This document shows positions 26,753-36,748 of a DNA stretch of 64,000 nucleotides, in pieces (positions within the stretch are counted from its first letter, which is position 1; each line of letters begins with the position of its first letter). Source of the DNA: a virus. The DNA is taken from the IMG/VR virus record IMGVR_UViG_3300025087_000053, positions 11,563 to 75,562 of that record; one strand, written 5' to 3'. A model generated the notes under the pieces. The model was not told the origin of the DNA, did no database searches, and worked only from the letters and a program-made list of their open reading frames with translations. The position numbers were made by a program, and so were the translations under genes.

Positions 26753-27094
26753 TTATATTTCTTTTATTCTCTCTGCGGATTTCTTTAGGGCATCAATAAA
26801 AGACTCAATATTTTCTTCGTCGAACAAAAAGACTTCGCTTTTGTCCGTTGTCCTACCCCTAAAAAGAATTGAAAAAGCTTCTTTAATCCTTTCCCAAAAG
26901 CTATCAGCAAACATTTGCGTTCTGAGATCAACCCAATTATAAATCTCCCCCTCTTCGTCCTTTATTATAGTAAGCTCTATGTCGTGTTCTCTTATACCAC
27001 ACTGACACGGAATTCTCCAATGCACCATCTGCTCGTCTTCAAAAATCAACATTTGTTTTTTCATTATTTCCCTCTGTTTTCTATAAAACCACAC
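26753..27094 (-). CDS. Hypothetical protein
   Basis: ORF with CQC..H and FWERIKEAF motifs. Confidence 0.65.
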   Translation of the reverse strand: MWFYRKQREIMKKQMLIFEDEQMVHWRIPCQCGIREHDIELTIIKDEEGEIYNWVDLRTQMFADSFWERIKEAFSILFRGRTTDKSEVFLFDEENIESFIDALKKSAERIKEI

Positions 27095-27636
27095 GACTTA
27101 AACTCTGGGCAAAAGCCGTTTCTATAGATGCATTCTCTAACCATATACTTAGCTAGGTCCGGGTCAACTTTGGCTACATTTTTCTTTATCTCTCGGAACA
27201 CTCGTTGAGTCACGGCGTGCGACTTCGCACAAAGCCTCTTCCTCGACATGTTTATTAGCGATTGAGCATTTACCAGCATCGCCATATCAGAGGGAGTCCA
27301 TCTGTCTTGTTCTCCCTTTTGGCCTCTGTCTTCTCTTCCTGTTCTCACATAAAAAGAATTGCCAACAGAGTGCCTTGGGAAATGAGTAGAAACAAAATGC
27401 GGAATGCCATACATTTCAATCCAAAACATCTGTGTTCTAATGGGTGAGTGTTCAGATTTATACGCAGCACTTAGAGATATCTTTTTAATTTCCTTATGTG
27501 ATGTCATTTTAAACGCTTCAATCATTAGGTCGAAATCTGTTAGTTTTCTCACCAAGACAGAAAAATTAATCTCTATTTCTTTTTCTAATCCATCCGGATT
27601 CGTATAGTTGTAGACATATTTAACAGGAGTCGACAT
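27064..27636 (-). CDS. thyX: Flavin-dependent thymidylate synthase ThyX-like
   Basis: SEHSPIR, HFPRH, NAQSLINMSRKRLC, C.YRNGFCPE; start MSTP coupled to upstream stop (TAATG). Confidence 0.8.
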   Translation of the reverse strand: MSTPVKYVYNYTNPDGLEKEIEINFSVLVRKLTDFDLMIEAFKMTSHKEIKKISLSAAYKSEHSPIRTQMFWIEMYGIPHFVSTHFPRHSVGNSFYVRTGREDRGQKGEQDRWTPSDMAMLVNAQSLINMSRKRLCAKSHAVTQRVFREIKKNVAKVDPDLAKYMVRECIYRNGFCPEFKSCGFIENRGK

Positions 27637-27863
27637 TACCAATATCTCCTCACGCATGGGCAGTCTTGTTCTACAGGCGCAATTTCTGAACTTCGAATCC
27701 CCACCTTCCAATGTTGGACATTATCTTTTGTCCTAGTTCTATTGCCTCTCCGTATAGTTTTTATAAACAACTTTGCCTTCTCGGGCTCAAGAGCATCAAA
27801 TGGCTGAACGCTCTTTATCCTCTTACAGCCTATGCAATATGCGATTAGCCATTGTTTTTTCAT
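27636..27863 (-). CDS. Hypothetical protein
   Basis: Coupled small ORF with Cys pairs. Confidence 0.55.
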   Translation of the reverse strand: MKKQWLIAYCIGCKRIKSVQPFDALEPEKAKLFIKTIRRGNRTRTKDNVQHWKVGIRSSEIAPVEQDCPCVRRYW

Positions 27864-28189
27864 TAATTAATCTCCAGCTTTTTTTCCTCTTTTGCAAGGA
27901 ATTCTTCAATAGAAGCAACCCGCTGGTCAAGCTGCTTGACGCTTTTATTAAGTGTTGAAATAGATTCCGAAAGAAGAATAAAATCTGCTACCAACTGAGA
28001 AGCCACAAAGAGAGCATCTTTTACGGCAGATTGCAGTTCTTTGAATTCTTTTTCTTCTGGTGTAAGTTCTTTTACCTTGGGCACGACGTCCTCTTTATCG
28101 GAGAGTATTAAAACACACTCCTTGGCAACAGTCAAGATCTTTTTTGCTATCCGCATTTTGAATACCCGCAAGTTTTGCAAACGGCACAA
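27863..28189 (-). CDS. Hypothetical coiled-coil protein
   Basis: ORF; probable start MRIAK. Confidence 0.55.
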   Translation of the reverse strand: MCRLQNLRVFKMRIAKKILTVAKECVLILSDKEDVVPKVKELTPEEKEFKELQSAVKDALFVASQLVADFILLSESISTLNKSVKQLDQRVASIEEFLAKEEKKLEIN

Positions 28190-30561
28190 CCACCTTCATA
28201 TACCAGCTTTTGCCCACATTCTTGACAAATACTGTCGCCTCCACAAACACAAACACCGTCATTTATGTATCTTTTCAAAATTCTTGCAATAACCTTGGCA
28301 AAAGAAGAAAAATCTCCATCTTCGCTTCTATTAAGCTGCTCCACGATAAAAGAAGGAGAACTTCCATGTCTCAAGGATAAAGAAATTAATCTCGTCATAA
28401 CCCCTTCTGTAGGATTATTAAAGACTTTTGCAATATCTTTTATCTTTGTTGCGTCTTCTCCGTAAACGAGATCATATCTACTTCTAGATTTAAATTTTGT
28501 CTTCTCGATAATTCCTGTTGTATGTTTTGTAGGTATTTCCACCAAATCCGATAGACCAGCAAAAATCTCATATGGCTTAGAGTCTAACAAACCAACAAAA
28601 ATAGTCCACTCTTCTCCTTTTATCTTCGCTCTGTGGATGTCACATTTTAATGATAGAGGACGCTTGGGAGCCTTTGTAATATTAAAGGGGTTAGATGTCT
28701 TCCCGTTCTCTTGCTTTGCTTTTTCCTTAGAGGTAAACAAAACAGCATCTCTGGAGCCTTCTCTATAAACAGTTATTCCCTTAAGCCCCTTTTCCCAAGC
28801 ATAAGTATAAATTTCTTCTACTTGTTCTGCGGTTGTGCTTTCTGGTAAATTAATCGTAGAAGATATGGAGTGGTCTATATGTTTTTGTATCACACTTTGC
28901 ATTTCCACTCGGCGCTTCCAATCAATTTCATTCGCCGAAACAAAGTATTCTGGGATATCTGTAGTGTTGAACTTTTTTTGGTATTCTGTAAGGTTAGAGT
29001 GCTTTACTTCATATTCTACCCACTTATCGCCTACAAGGTCTTCTTTACCAATCGTCTTTTCTTCTGAATTAGTTTTTCTCTTTCTGGTATAAGAGTTCTG
29101 GAATACTGGTTCTATCCCGCTGCTGGTTTGTGTTAGAAGAGAAATAGAACCAGCGGGAGAACAAGTTAAAATAGAAATGTTTCTTCTGCCAAAACTCCTT
29201 ATTTCCTTTTGCAGCTCTTTCGAAAGAGAAAGAATAAACTCGTTATCTTTTTCCAGTTCCCATTTAAAAGCAGGAAAGACACCTCTCTCTTTTGCAAGAG
29301 TCACACTGCTTTCATAGGCAGAAGTTTTTATTGTATTAAAGACCTCATCCGCTACTGCTATAGCTTCAGAAGAATCATAACACAACTTTAATTCCGCAAA
29401 CATATCTGCAAGGCCAGTAATACTAAGACCTGTTCTTCTTCCGTCTCTTGCAGATTCAAACATTTCTTGCCAAATTTGTTTTTCATCTTGAGTATCGCAG
29501 ACTTTAATGATTTTTTCTATTTTCTCCATTTCCAAATCAACCAAATCGTCCAAAAGTCTTTGCGCAACGTGTGTCATAGAACGCAATTTTTTAAAATTGA
29601 CTTGTGGAGCCTCAAAGGCGCTGTCAACAAAAGATTTTAAATTAAGCAGAAGAAGGCGACATCCATCGTTAACACACAAAGGAAGTTCAGAACAAGCATT
29701 TGTAGAAACAGCTTTAAACCTTGGATAAGACGAAGCGGGACAATAAGAGATTATTCTAGACCAAAAAAGAATGCCAGGTTCTGCTGTATCTCTAGCTAAC
29801 TTAGTGATATGCTTCCAAAGTTCTTTTGCTTTTATTTTTCTTGTTACTTTTGCCGGTCCCTCTACTGGCCACCGAAGTTCGTATTCTTCATCATTTAAAG
29901 CTGCCTTCATAAAATCGTCATAAATCTTTATTGAAACATTTGCTCCAACAACCTTTTTAAGGTCTTTCTTCATAGATGCAAACTTCTCTACATCAGGATG
30001 TCTACCATCCAAAGAGATTAAAAGAGCCGCCCTTCGATTACCTTGTCCTATCATTCTTGCAACATTTGAATAATAATCAGCAAAACTCCAAGCACCCGAA
30101 GTGGTTTTAGCACTGTTATTTACTCCAGTACCCTCCGGGCGTAAAAGAGATAAGTCCGTACCAACTCCGCACCTTCTTTTGGTAAGATTGGCTAAGTCTC
30201 TTCCGCTTTCAAAAATAGAAGAAATGTTGTCCTCTGGCGGTCTTGCTACAACGCAGTTTGCCAAAGAAGATAAACTATAATTGTTTCCTATTCCATAAAG
30301 CGGGCTTCCTTGAGGAACGATGTATTTAAACCCGCGTAAGGCTTCGTATATTTCCTTTTCGCTAAGAGGGTTGGGATATTTTTTTTCTATTCTTGCAAAC
30401 TCTTTTGTCACCCTCCGGATTGTTTCGTCCGGATAGCTCTCTAAAAACAAATCTTCCTTATCTCTGAGGGCATACTTCTTCATCCAGACGTCTGTTGCTA
30501 GCTCGTCCCCCTCAAAATATTCAAGCGTTGCTTTACGTACTTCTTCTTCTGTAAACATCAA
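28147..30561 (-). CDS. nrdJ: Ribonucleotide reductase, class II (adenosylcobalamin-dependent)
   Basis: SLANC, TNACSEL, GRRTGL, SPAGSIS, SISSTINLP, KGITVYREGSR, C-terminal Zn ribbon EGGC..C..CGYSKC; no nrdB in window. Confidence 0.9.
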   Translation of the reverse strand: MMFTEEEVRKATLEYFEGDELATDVWMKKYALRDKEDLFLESYPDETIRRVTKEFARIEKKYPNPLSEKEIYEALRGFKYIVPQGSPLYGIGNNYSLSSLANCVVARPPEDNISSIFESGRDLANLTKRRCGVGTDLSLLRPEGTGVNNSAKTTSGAWSFADYYSNVARMIGQGNRRAALLISLDGRHPDVEKFASMKKDLKKVVGANVSIKIYDDFMKAALNDEEYELRWPVEGPAKVTRKIKAKELWKHITKLARDTAEPGILFWSRIISYCPASSYPRFKAVSTNACSELPLCVNDGCRLLLLNLKSFVDSAFEAPQVNFKKLRSMTHVAQRLLDDLVDLEMEKIEKIIKVCDTQDEKQIWQEMFESARDGRRTGLSITGLADMFAELKLCYDSSEAIAVADEVFNTIKTSAYESSVTLAKERGVFPAFKWELEKDNEFILSLSKELQKEIRSFGRRNISILTCSPAGSISLLTQTSSGIEPVFQNSYTRKRKTNSEEKTIGKEDLVGDKWVEYEVKHSNLTEYQKKFNTTDIPEYFVSANEIDWKRRVEMQSVIQKHIDHSISSTINLPESTTAEQVEEIYTYAWEKGLKGITVYREGSRDAVLFTSKEKAKQENGKTSNPFNITKAPKRPLSLKCDIHRAKIKGEEWTIFVGLLDSKPYEIFAGLSDLVEIPTKHTTGIIEKTKFKSRSRYDLVYGEDATKIKDIAKVFNNPTEGVMTRLISLSLRHGSSPSFIVEQLNRSEDGDFSSFAKVIARILKRYINDGVCVCGGDSICQECGQKLVYEGGCAVCKTCGYSKCG

Positions 30562-31952
30562 TTTATGTCCTTCTTTGTCTTTACCTTATTATATGCTGCC
30601 TGCAAGGCACTTGCTTGTAGCTCCGAGGCTTTCTTTGGCCCTGTCGCTTCTATGGCTTCCTCGGGCGCCGAAACATTAATATCAATTACCCTTGTGTCCA
30701 TATAGACAGGGCATACCATTTGATCGTCTCCAAATCTGTTCTTGGAGATAAACATACGTCCAGCTTTATTTTGTCTCTCTTCCGGACTTCTTGACACAAC
30801 CATAACAAAATCACATGGAAAATTCTTTCCATAACCACCAGAACTATGCTCCATCGTTGCAACTTCCGCCTGAGCACCCGTCCTGTTTAGCTGGTCCATT
30901 GTCCAAACTGGGAAACCAAAATCTTCTCCCATAGAACGAAGGTCGTCTGCAATATCTTCCGTTTCCGACCATCCGTCTTTCTTCACAACAACGGGCTTAA
31001 TTTTGCTAAGGTAATCTATAAGAACCAAGTCAGGTTTAAAATCTCTTTTTATTGTCTTCTCAACATAGTTTCTAAGTGTTTGTACTGATGCTGCTTTCGC
31101 TCTAAATTTCTTTACAACAAGTCTTCCTTTTACCAAAGACTGCAAGTCCCCAAACACTGCTTCTTGTGAGCCAAACAAAAGCTCTGGGGGGACCTTGGTT
31201 AAACACACATCAAATCTTCTTCCTATTACGCTTTCCGAAAGCTCTAGCGTGATGTACAATACGTTTTTACCAAGCTTTAGTGCATGCGCTCCTAGATGCA
31301 CAAGCATCATGGTTTTCCCGCCCCCCGTAGGAGCCATCCCCAAACCGATTTCCCCTATTCCCAAGCCTCCCTGCATTAAGTTGTCAATGTAGTTCCAACC
31401 TGTAGAAATCGGAGTTCTGGTTTCTTGAGTTTTATATCTCGCATAAAAGTCTCTTACAAGATCGTGTCCAATATCGTTGTCCAACCCAAGTCGAAGAGAC
31501 TCTACAATTATTTTTTCTATCTCTTCGAAAGAAGAGGAAGCCATAAGCTTAATCGACTGAAGCATTGCCTTCTTTAGGTTCTGCTTCTTACAAAACTTTA
31601 TTGAAGAATCTTTGATATATTCTATGTCTACACTAAGGCCAGGCTCTGTTTTAAATTTCGACAATAGTTCTTTTGCTTGCCCATACGAAGTTTCATCCGT
31701 TTCATTTTCAGAAGTTCCCAAGATAGCAGAAATAATATTTAGCGAAGGATGAACTTTATATTGTTTCTTATAGGCCAATAGTTTTTGTACATAAAATCTA
31801 AGATATTCAAATTCAAAGAATACCGTTTCAAGAACTTCCGTGATTTGATCGCAATAAAGATGATCAAAAGTCATCGCCTTTACGACTTCTTCTTGAAACG
31901 ACAGACCAAAAGAAGAAAAGTCTTCTACCTCTCGTACTTCCTTTTTTGTCAT
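30558..31952 (-). CDS. DnaB/gp41-like replicative helicase
   Basis: ISTGW, APTGGGKT Walker A, ITLELS, LIDY, QLNR, KNRFG. Confidence 0.92.
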   Translation of the reverse strand: MTKKEVREVEDFSSFGLSFQEEVVKAMTFDHLYCDQITEVLETVFFEFEYLRFYVQKLLAYKKQYKVHPSLNIISAILGTSENETDETSYGQAKELLSKFKTEPGLSVDIEYIKDSSIKFCKKQNLKKAMLQSIKLMASSSFEEIEKIIVESLRLGLDNDIGHDLVRDFYARYKTQETRTPISTGWNYIDNLMQGGLGIGEIGLGMAPTGGGKTMMLVHLGAHALKLGKNVLYITLELSESVIGRRFDVCLTKVPPELLFGSQEAVFGDLQSLVKGRLVVKKFRAKAASVQTLRNYVEKTIKRDFKPDLVLIDYLSKIKPVVVKKDGWSETEDIADDLRSMGEDFGFPVWTMDQLNRTGAQAEVATMEHSSGGYGKNFPCDFVMVVSRSPEERQNKAGRMFISKNRFGDDQMVCPVYMDTRVIDINVSAPEEAIEATGPKKASELQASALQAAYNKVKTKKDIN

Positions 31953-31955
31953 AGA

Positions 31956-32915
31956 TTATTTTATCTCCGACATAACTCGATTGCTCCACTGGAAAAGTGG
32001 AGTCCAATTCAATTCAGCAAACCCATCTTTAATTGCAGATTGTGTAAACATTGACTTACGAAAAACTAAATCCCTCTTCTCTATTTCTTCTCGAATTTCT
32101 CCCTGAGCCTGAAGAGAAATGAGAGGGCTATCTAACTGTATCATTCGCATATTCTGTATTACTTGATCTCGGCCAGAAAGAATGTTTTTATGTATAACTA
32201 GTGGTTTCTCGACGTTTTGACAGAACTTTACAACGTCGTCTATACTATATTCTTTTTCTTCCTTAAGAAAATCAAATCTTTTTGCAACAGACTTCAACTT
32301 AACTCCGCCAACTCCTTGAACATTATCACTCTTGTCGTCTCCTGATATTGCACGGGCTAAAGCAAAGTTTCTCGGATGAATCCCATACTTTTCAAGGATC
32401 TTTTTTATCGACAACACCTCGTCCTGAATCGGTCTGTATACTATCGTATTTTTGTCGATCAGTTGAAAGAAATCCTTGTCAGAAGACACAATAATTTTCT
32501 GTGCTTCTTTATATTTCTCGCGATGAACTAGAAACGCAATAACATCATCAGCCTCTACCGATTCATAAATCAATTGCTTTACCGGCAAAAAAGAAAGATA
32601 TTCGATAAGCTTGGCGTGCTGCCAAAACTTATTTCTTTCTTCGTCTTGCGGATCTATTTGCAAAGAACGATTGAGATTAATTGGCTTTCTTCCAGCCTTA
32701 TAGTTTTTATCAATTGCTCGACGACGCCTTGAGCCTCCTAGACCATCCCAGACGACAACCACCTCGTCGGGCTTTATATAATTTATCATTGACTGTAGAG
32801 ACTTAAGTCCTCCAACAACCCCTCCAATCGGAGCGCCGTTTAAAGAAAGAGTTGGGTTTACAACATAATTCCGGATAAATAAAGAATTTAAACTGTCAAT
32901 AAATACTACTCTCAT
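31956..32915 (-). CDS. 5'-3' exonuclease / flap endonuclease (T4 RNase H-like)
   Basis: VVWDG, YKAGR, EADDVI, SSDKDFFQL, GDDKSDNVQGV. Confidence 0.93.
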   Translation of the reverse strand: MRVVFIDSLNSLFIRNYVVNPTLSLNGAPIGGVVGGLKSLQSMINYIKPDEVVVVWDGLGGSRRRRAIDKNYKAGRKPINLNRSLQIDPQDEERNKFWQHAKLIEYLSFLPVKQLIYESVEADDVIAFLVHREKYKEAQKIIVSSDKDFFQLIDKNTIVYRPIQDEVLSIKKILEKYGIHPRNFALARAISGDDKSDNVQGVGGVKLKSVAKRFDFLKEEKEYSIDDVVKFCQNVEKPLVIHKNILSGRDQVIQNMRMIQLDSPLISLQAQGEIREEIEKRDLVFRKSMFTQSAIKDGFAELNWTPLFQWSNRVMSEIK

Positions 32916-32921
32916 TTTTGT

Positions 32922-33356
32922 TTATGCCCTGATCATAGACAAGCTGCCGTCATCATTAGAATAATAAATCTTCTTGATGCCGCAGAAGTCCATCACTGCT
33001 TGACACATCTCGCAAGGGCGAGAATTTCGAAGCTCTCCGTTCTTGCCAATACGAACCACAACAATGGTTCCACCAACAGTAAGAGCTGCTGGAATATTCA
33101 GACAGGCCCGGCTTTCAGCATGACGAGATGCCTTAAGATTTCCGTTAGTTACACGAAAGTCGAACCTGTTACAGAAAGAAGAATAATTCCTCTTGTTCGA
33201 GGCCGCGTTGATATAAGCCCCACCGTTATTGATCAGTACAGCTCCATGACGAAACCCGCAAGCAGAAGCATCTGCGACTTTACGAGCCAGTTCCACAGCC
33301 TTCGCAATACGATTCGTAATGTCGATGTTGTGGATTTCTCGCATGATTTTCCTCAT
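32922..33356 (-). CDS. Cytidine/dCMP deaminase-family protein
   Basis: RHGAV, HAE, SRPCEMC. Confidence 0.88.
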   Translation of the reverse strand: MRKIMREIHNIDITNRIAKAVELARKVADASACGFRHGAVLINNGGAYINAASNKRNYSSFCNRFDFRVTNGNLKASRHAESRACLNIPAALTVGGTIVVVRIGKNGELRNSRPCEMCQAVMDFCGIKKIYYSNDDGSLSMIRA

Positions 33357-34348
33357 GGAACATAAGAATAATAATAAGGTGCCTTAAAAACTCCGTCGAC
33401 TTTCTCTCTTAATTTAAACAATTGTGTACACGATAATATGCTCGCCAACATAGATACTGTATCATTATTTAGCAAAGAAAGCAATATGCTTTCTGTCGTC
33501 AAAAGCGTAGTAAGTCTTTCTCGAACAGTGCTCTTATCCTCTTCGGCGTGTAGATTATTGTATATTGATTCAACAAGATTTTCTTGATTTTCTATACTCC
33601 GAATATCATATTTGGCAATATACTTTGTAAGTCGATAAAGATTCAAATGCTGCATCTTGTTAATTTTTAAAACCTTATTTGATACACAAGAAGAAAAGTC
33701 TTCATGATAAAATACCCGCTTATCATTAAATCCTACCATGGAATTAAAGAAATCAAAATTAGAAACAATATTTTCTGGGGTGTCCATAAAGCTAGAAACA
33801 AGCTGCACCGTGTGGGGTTTGGGAGAAGGCTTTATGAAACTCTTTACAAGTTTCCTTATCAAAGGAGTTTTTTCTAGCTTTCTAGTAAGATAACTTCTTG
33901 TATCAACCATTTTATATGTTTCTGCAAATGTCTTTTTTCCATAGTTTGTGTTTGGTACATTTTTCCAATATTCAACTGTAAGATTATCTGAAAAAGCGAT
34001 TAGGTGTTTGTTGTATTTGCCTTGCTTTATAAACTTTTTATGAAACAAATCACTTTCTTCTTTTGAAGAAAACCAAACGTCCAAATCCCCTGCAAGACCA
34101 ATAAGACTTGAGTATAACCCACGATGTTCCTCAAAAACTTTATTATTCTCTGGGGTAATTTCTATCCTCCTATTTGTTGTTAAAATCTCCCACAAGTCCA
34201 TATTTGAATAATAATACATCAGAGGAAGGCCGCCAGCGACAAACCCTCCGCAGTCAAAAACATTTTTGAACTGTTCCAAGAAATTAGGAAGGTCTGGCTT
34301 GTCAGAGAAAAAAGATTGTTGAATTGGTACGGAATGTATTACTGACAT
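33353..34348 (-). CDS. Nucleotidyltransferase-fold protein (CCA/polyA polymerase head-like)
   Basis: GFVAGG...GDLDVWF...NFDF. Confidence 0.6.
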   Translation of the reverse strand: MSVIHSVPIQQSFFSDKPDLPNFLEQFKNVFDCGGFVAGGLPLMYYYSNMDLWEILTTNRRIEITPENNKVFEEHRGLYSSLIGLAGDLDVWFSSKEESDLFHKKFIKQGKYNKHLIAFSDNLTVEYWKNVPNTNYGKKTFAETYKMVDTRSYLTRKLEKTPLIRKLVKSFIKPSPKPHTVQLVSSFMDTPENIVSNFDFFNSMVGFNDKRVFYHEDFSSCVSNKVLKINKMQHLNLYRLTKYIAKYDIRSIENQENLVESIYNNLHAEEDKSTVRERLTTLLTTESILLSLLNNDTVSMLASILSCTQLFKLREKVDGVFKAPYYYSYVP

Positions 34349-34375
34349 TTCTCCCTCTCCGTTTGCAAGAGCGAC

Positions 34376-34404
34376 AGATTAGCACAGCGAGAGGGAAAAG
34401 TCAA
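34376..34404 (-). promoter_or_regulatory. Sigma70-type promoter
   Basis: TTGACT-17-(TGc)TAATCT. Confidence 0.7.
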
Positions 34405-34405
34405 A

Positions 34406-35620
34406 CTATTCTTCGTCCTTCTCTCCAAACGACACTACAGAAGAGCCCTTCTTTTCATTGAGTTTTTCCGTTGGTTGGTCGGGAAAGTTAGGAATTTCTT
34501 TGTGTCCCTCGTCTGTTTCTTTATCGAAATAGAAATCCGCTGCATTCTTTTTTTCGTTAAAGTTCACAACCATCTCTTCTTCAACAACCTTCATCACAAG
34601 AGCAAAAAAGTTTGCATCGTTCTTGAGAAGATCGCTCCAATCTTTCTCTTGGAACTTTACTTCTTGCTTGTCATCTCCCATAAGAAACTTCCAAGGTCCG
34701 CCTGTACGATATCTAGGAGAGATTTTAACTACCTCAAACAAACTTTCATCATCACAAACTCCGACTCTGTTGGGGTCTCCCCACAAAATCTTAAACTCAC
34801 ACTTTCTTTTCTCGGTCCCATATCGTGATTTAATAAGCTTCGCTTTTACTGTTGAGCCAATAATAAACCCCTTCTCGTCCTCAACGAAAGAGGCTTTTGC
34901 ATGAGGCTTAACAAGCCAAATACGAAGATGGCAAGCATAAGCAACAGAAAGCCCACCAGGAGTAAAATACTTAACTTCATCTGTTGCGTATTTGCTAGAA
35001 GCCTCTGGAGAAATGTTTGTCTTAAGATGATTTAAGATTACCCAAGTGGCCCCAGCCCTGTTAAGAGGTCCAAGCAGCTTCGAAATACCCTTTGAAATAG
35101 TTCTTGCCTTAACAGAAACCGAAGAACTTGGATTAAAATCTCCTTCAACATCAGTTAAGTCGGGGAGCATGGCAAGGCTGTCGAGAATAAAGACAACTCT
35201 ACCCATCTCTTCTTCTGAAAGAACAGCTTCCATGATTTCAAACATTTGTCGTATATCGTCTGGAAGAATATAGGTAAGATGATCTAAGTCGCATCCGGCG
35301 TTGATAAGAAACTCTGAGTCTATTGCTCTCTCGCTATCAAAATATACAACGTGATAGCCCTTCTTTTGGGCATTTACCGCAATTTGCGCTGCCAAATAAC
35401 TTTTCCCAACTCCAGACAAAGAGGCTATTTCTGTAATTCTTCCTACGGGAATTCCCGCTTTAATTCCCCTTGCGATTGTACAATCCAGAAGAAAAGAACC
35501 TGTAGAAATCCAGTCTTTAACTGTTGCAGGAGACTCATCTTTTGTAAGATTGTAAGCAACGTCATGTCCGACTTTTTTGTTTATGATAGATTTAATTTTT
35601 TCTAAGCTTGTCTTTGTCAT
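34406..35620 (-). CDS. recA: RecA/UvsX recombinase
   Basis: ISTGS..LD, GIPVGRITEI, GVGKS, FDSE, LDSLA, TPGG. Confidence 0.93.
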   Translation of the reverse strand: MTKTSLEKIKSIINKKVGHDVAYNLTKDESPATVKDWISTGSFLLDCTIARGIKAGIPVGRITEIASLSGVGKSYLAAQIAVNAQKKGYHVVYFDSERAIDSEFLINAGCDLDHLTYILPDDIRQMFEIMEAVLSEEEMGRVVFILDSLAMLPDLTDVEGDFNPSSSVSVKARTISKGISKLLGPLNRAGATWVILNHLKTNISPEASSKYATDEVKYFTPGGLSVAYACHLRIWLVKPHAKASFVEDEKGFIIGSTVKAKLIKSRYGTEKRKCEFKILWGDPNRVGVCDDESLFEVVKISPRYRTGGPWKFLMGDDKQEVKFQEKDWSDLLKNDANFFALVMKVVEEEMVVNFNEKKNAADFYFDKETDEGHKEIPNFPDQPTEKLNEKKGSSVVSFGEKDEE

Positions 35621-35650
35621 TATTGTTCCTCAGTTAAAAGATGTAGAACA

Positions 35651-35679
35651 ACTCCGGCCGAGATAAACCCAGCCGGAGT
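35651..35679 (-). terminator. Hairpin after the SSB gene
   Basis: ACTCCGGC...GCCGGAGT stem, extended by GTAGAACA/TGTTCTAC. Confidence 0.55.
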
Positions 35680-35703
35680 ATTGTTCTACATTTTCATCTC
35701 AAT

Positions 35704-36492
35704 CTATTTTTCTTCAAACGCAGCGTCAATAGCGTCGTCACCAGAAACCGGGGGCTCTGCTGCTTGTGTTAGAATAGTTTCCGATTCCTTGGCAGCACCA
35801 TATTTTTCTGTGCCTCCCTCGGAATTGCCAACATCTTGGTTCATATGCTCGCTAAGAATCATTTCCACATCTTGTGGAGTCTTGCGAGGATAAAGAAGAT
35901 TAAAGGTCGGCATATCTGCAACAAGCTTACGGGCTACTTCGTAGTCTTCCATAATCGGAGTGGGGCGACGAGCAATCTTTACGCTGCTCTTGGAGAAGCG
36001 AGGATTAGCTTCGTTGTACTCATATGAAAGTAGCACATCAAATCCTTTTTCTTCGTCGGCGATGTTGCCAACGTCGGGATTAAGAACTTCCTCTAGCATT
36101 GACTTGTACACGCCTTTGCCATAGCTCCACCAACGCACGCCTTGGTCCTCTTCGCCGCGAACAAGAATGGGCGAGAAATATCTCTCACGAGGAAAGTAAT
36201 TATCTTTCGCTAGTTGGATCTTCTCAGCATCTTTTGTATTGTAAAGCTCAAAAGCCATTTCACAAATAGCACACTTCTCATTGAAATTCTTTCGAGGACA
36301 AAGGAAACTCTTTCCGCCAATAAAGTGGATAGAAGCCTCAACAAAGGGTTCTGATACGTTCACAATACGTAATGCAAAAGTTTTTGTTTCCTTGGGCGAC
36401 CAACGATACGATTTCCCTTCTCCGGTTTTTGCCTTCTTGGGGTTGTTAATGCTGTCTAATTTCTTTCTGATTTCTTCTAGGTTTAGTGACAT
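35704..36492 (-). CDS. Single-stranded DNA-binding protein (gp32-like)
   Basis: H...CP.....CAIC Zn site, ILVRGEE, WSYGK, acidic tail; located next to recA. Confidence 0.8.
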   Translation of the reverse strand: MSLNLEEIRKKLDSINNPKKAKTGEGKSYRWSPKETKTFALRIVNVSEPFVEASIHFIGGKSFLCPRKNFNEKCAICEMAFELYNTKDAEKIQLAKDNYFPRERYFSPILVRGEEDQGVRWWSYGKGVYKSMLEEVLNPDVGNIADEEKGFDVLLSYEYNEANPRFSKSSVKIARRPTPIMEDYEVARKLVADMPTFNLLYPRKTPQDVEMILSEHMNQDVGNSEGGTEKYGAAKESETILTQAAEPPVSGDDAIDAAFEEK

Positions 36493-36514
36493 TTTGTTTC
36501 TCCTTGTTATGTTA

Positions 36515-36748
36515 CTATGCTGTAACTTTTTCTGGTCCCTCAACTACTTGATCCCAATTGATAATTCTAAAGTCCTGTTTGTCTACATCCCAGACCACCT
36601 CCTGATTTTGTTTTGCTGGTTGTCTTCCCGTGCCCTTTATTCTTTCGTTTAAAAGGGATTTGGGAAGGTCTCTCAAATATTGAAAAGTCATTGTTCTCGC
36701 TTCGCCATTTTTCTTCATAAACAGAATTTTCCAAGTTGGTGTTGTCAT
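36515..36748 (-). CDS. Small SH3/WYL-like protein
   Basis: FMKKNGEARTM...VWDVDKQDFRIINW. Confidence 0.65.
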   Translation of the reverse strand: MTTPTWKILFMKKNGEARTMTFQYLRDLPKSLLNERIKGTGRQPAKQNQEVVWDVDKQDFRIINWDQVVEGPEKVTA

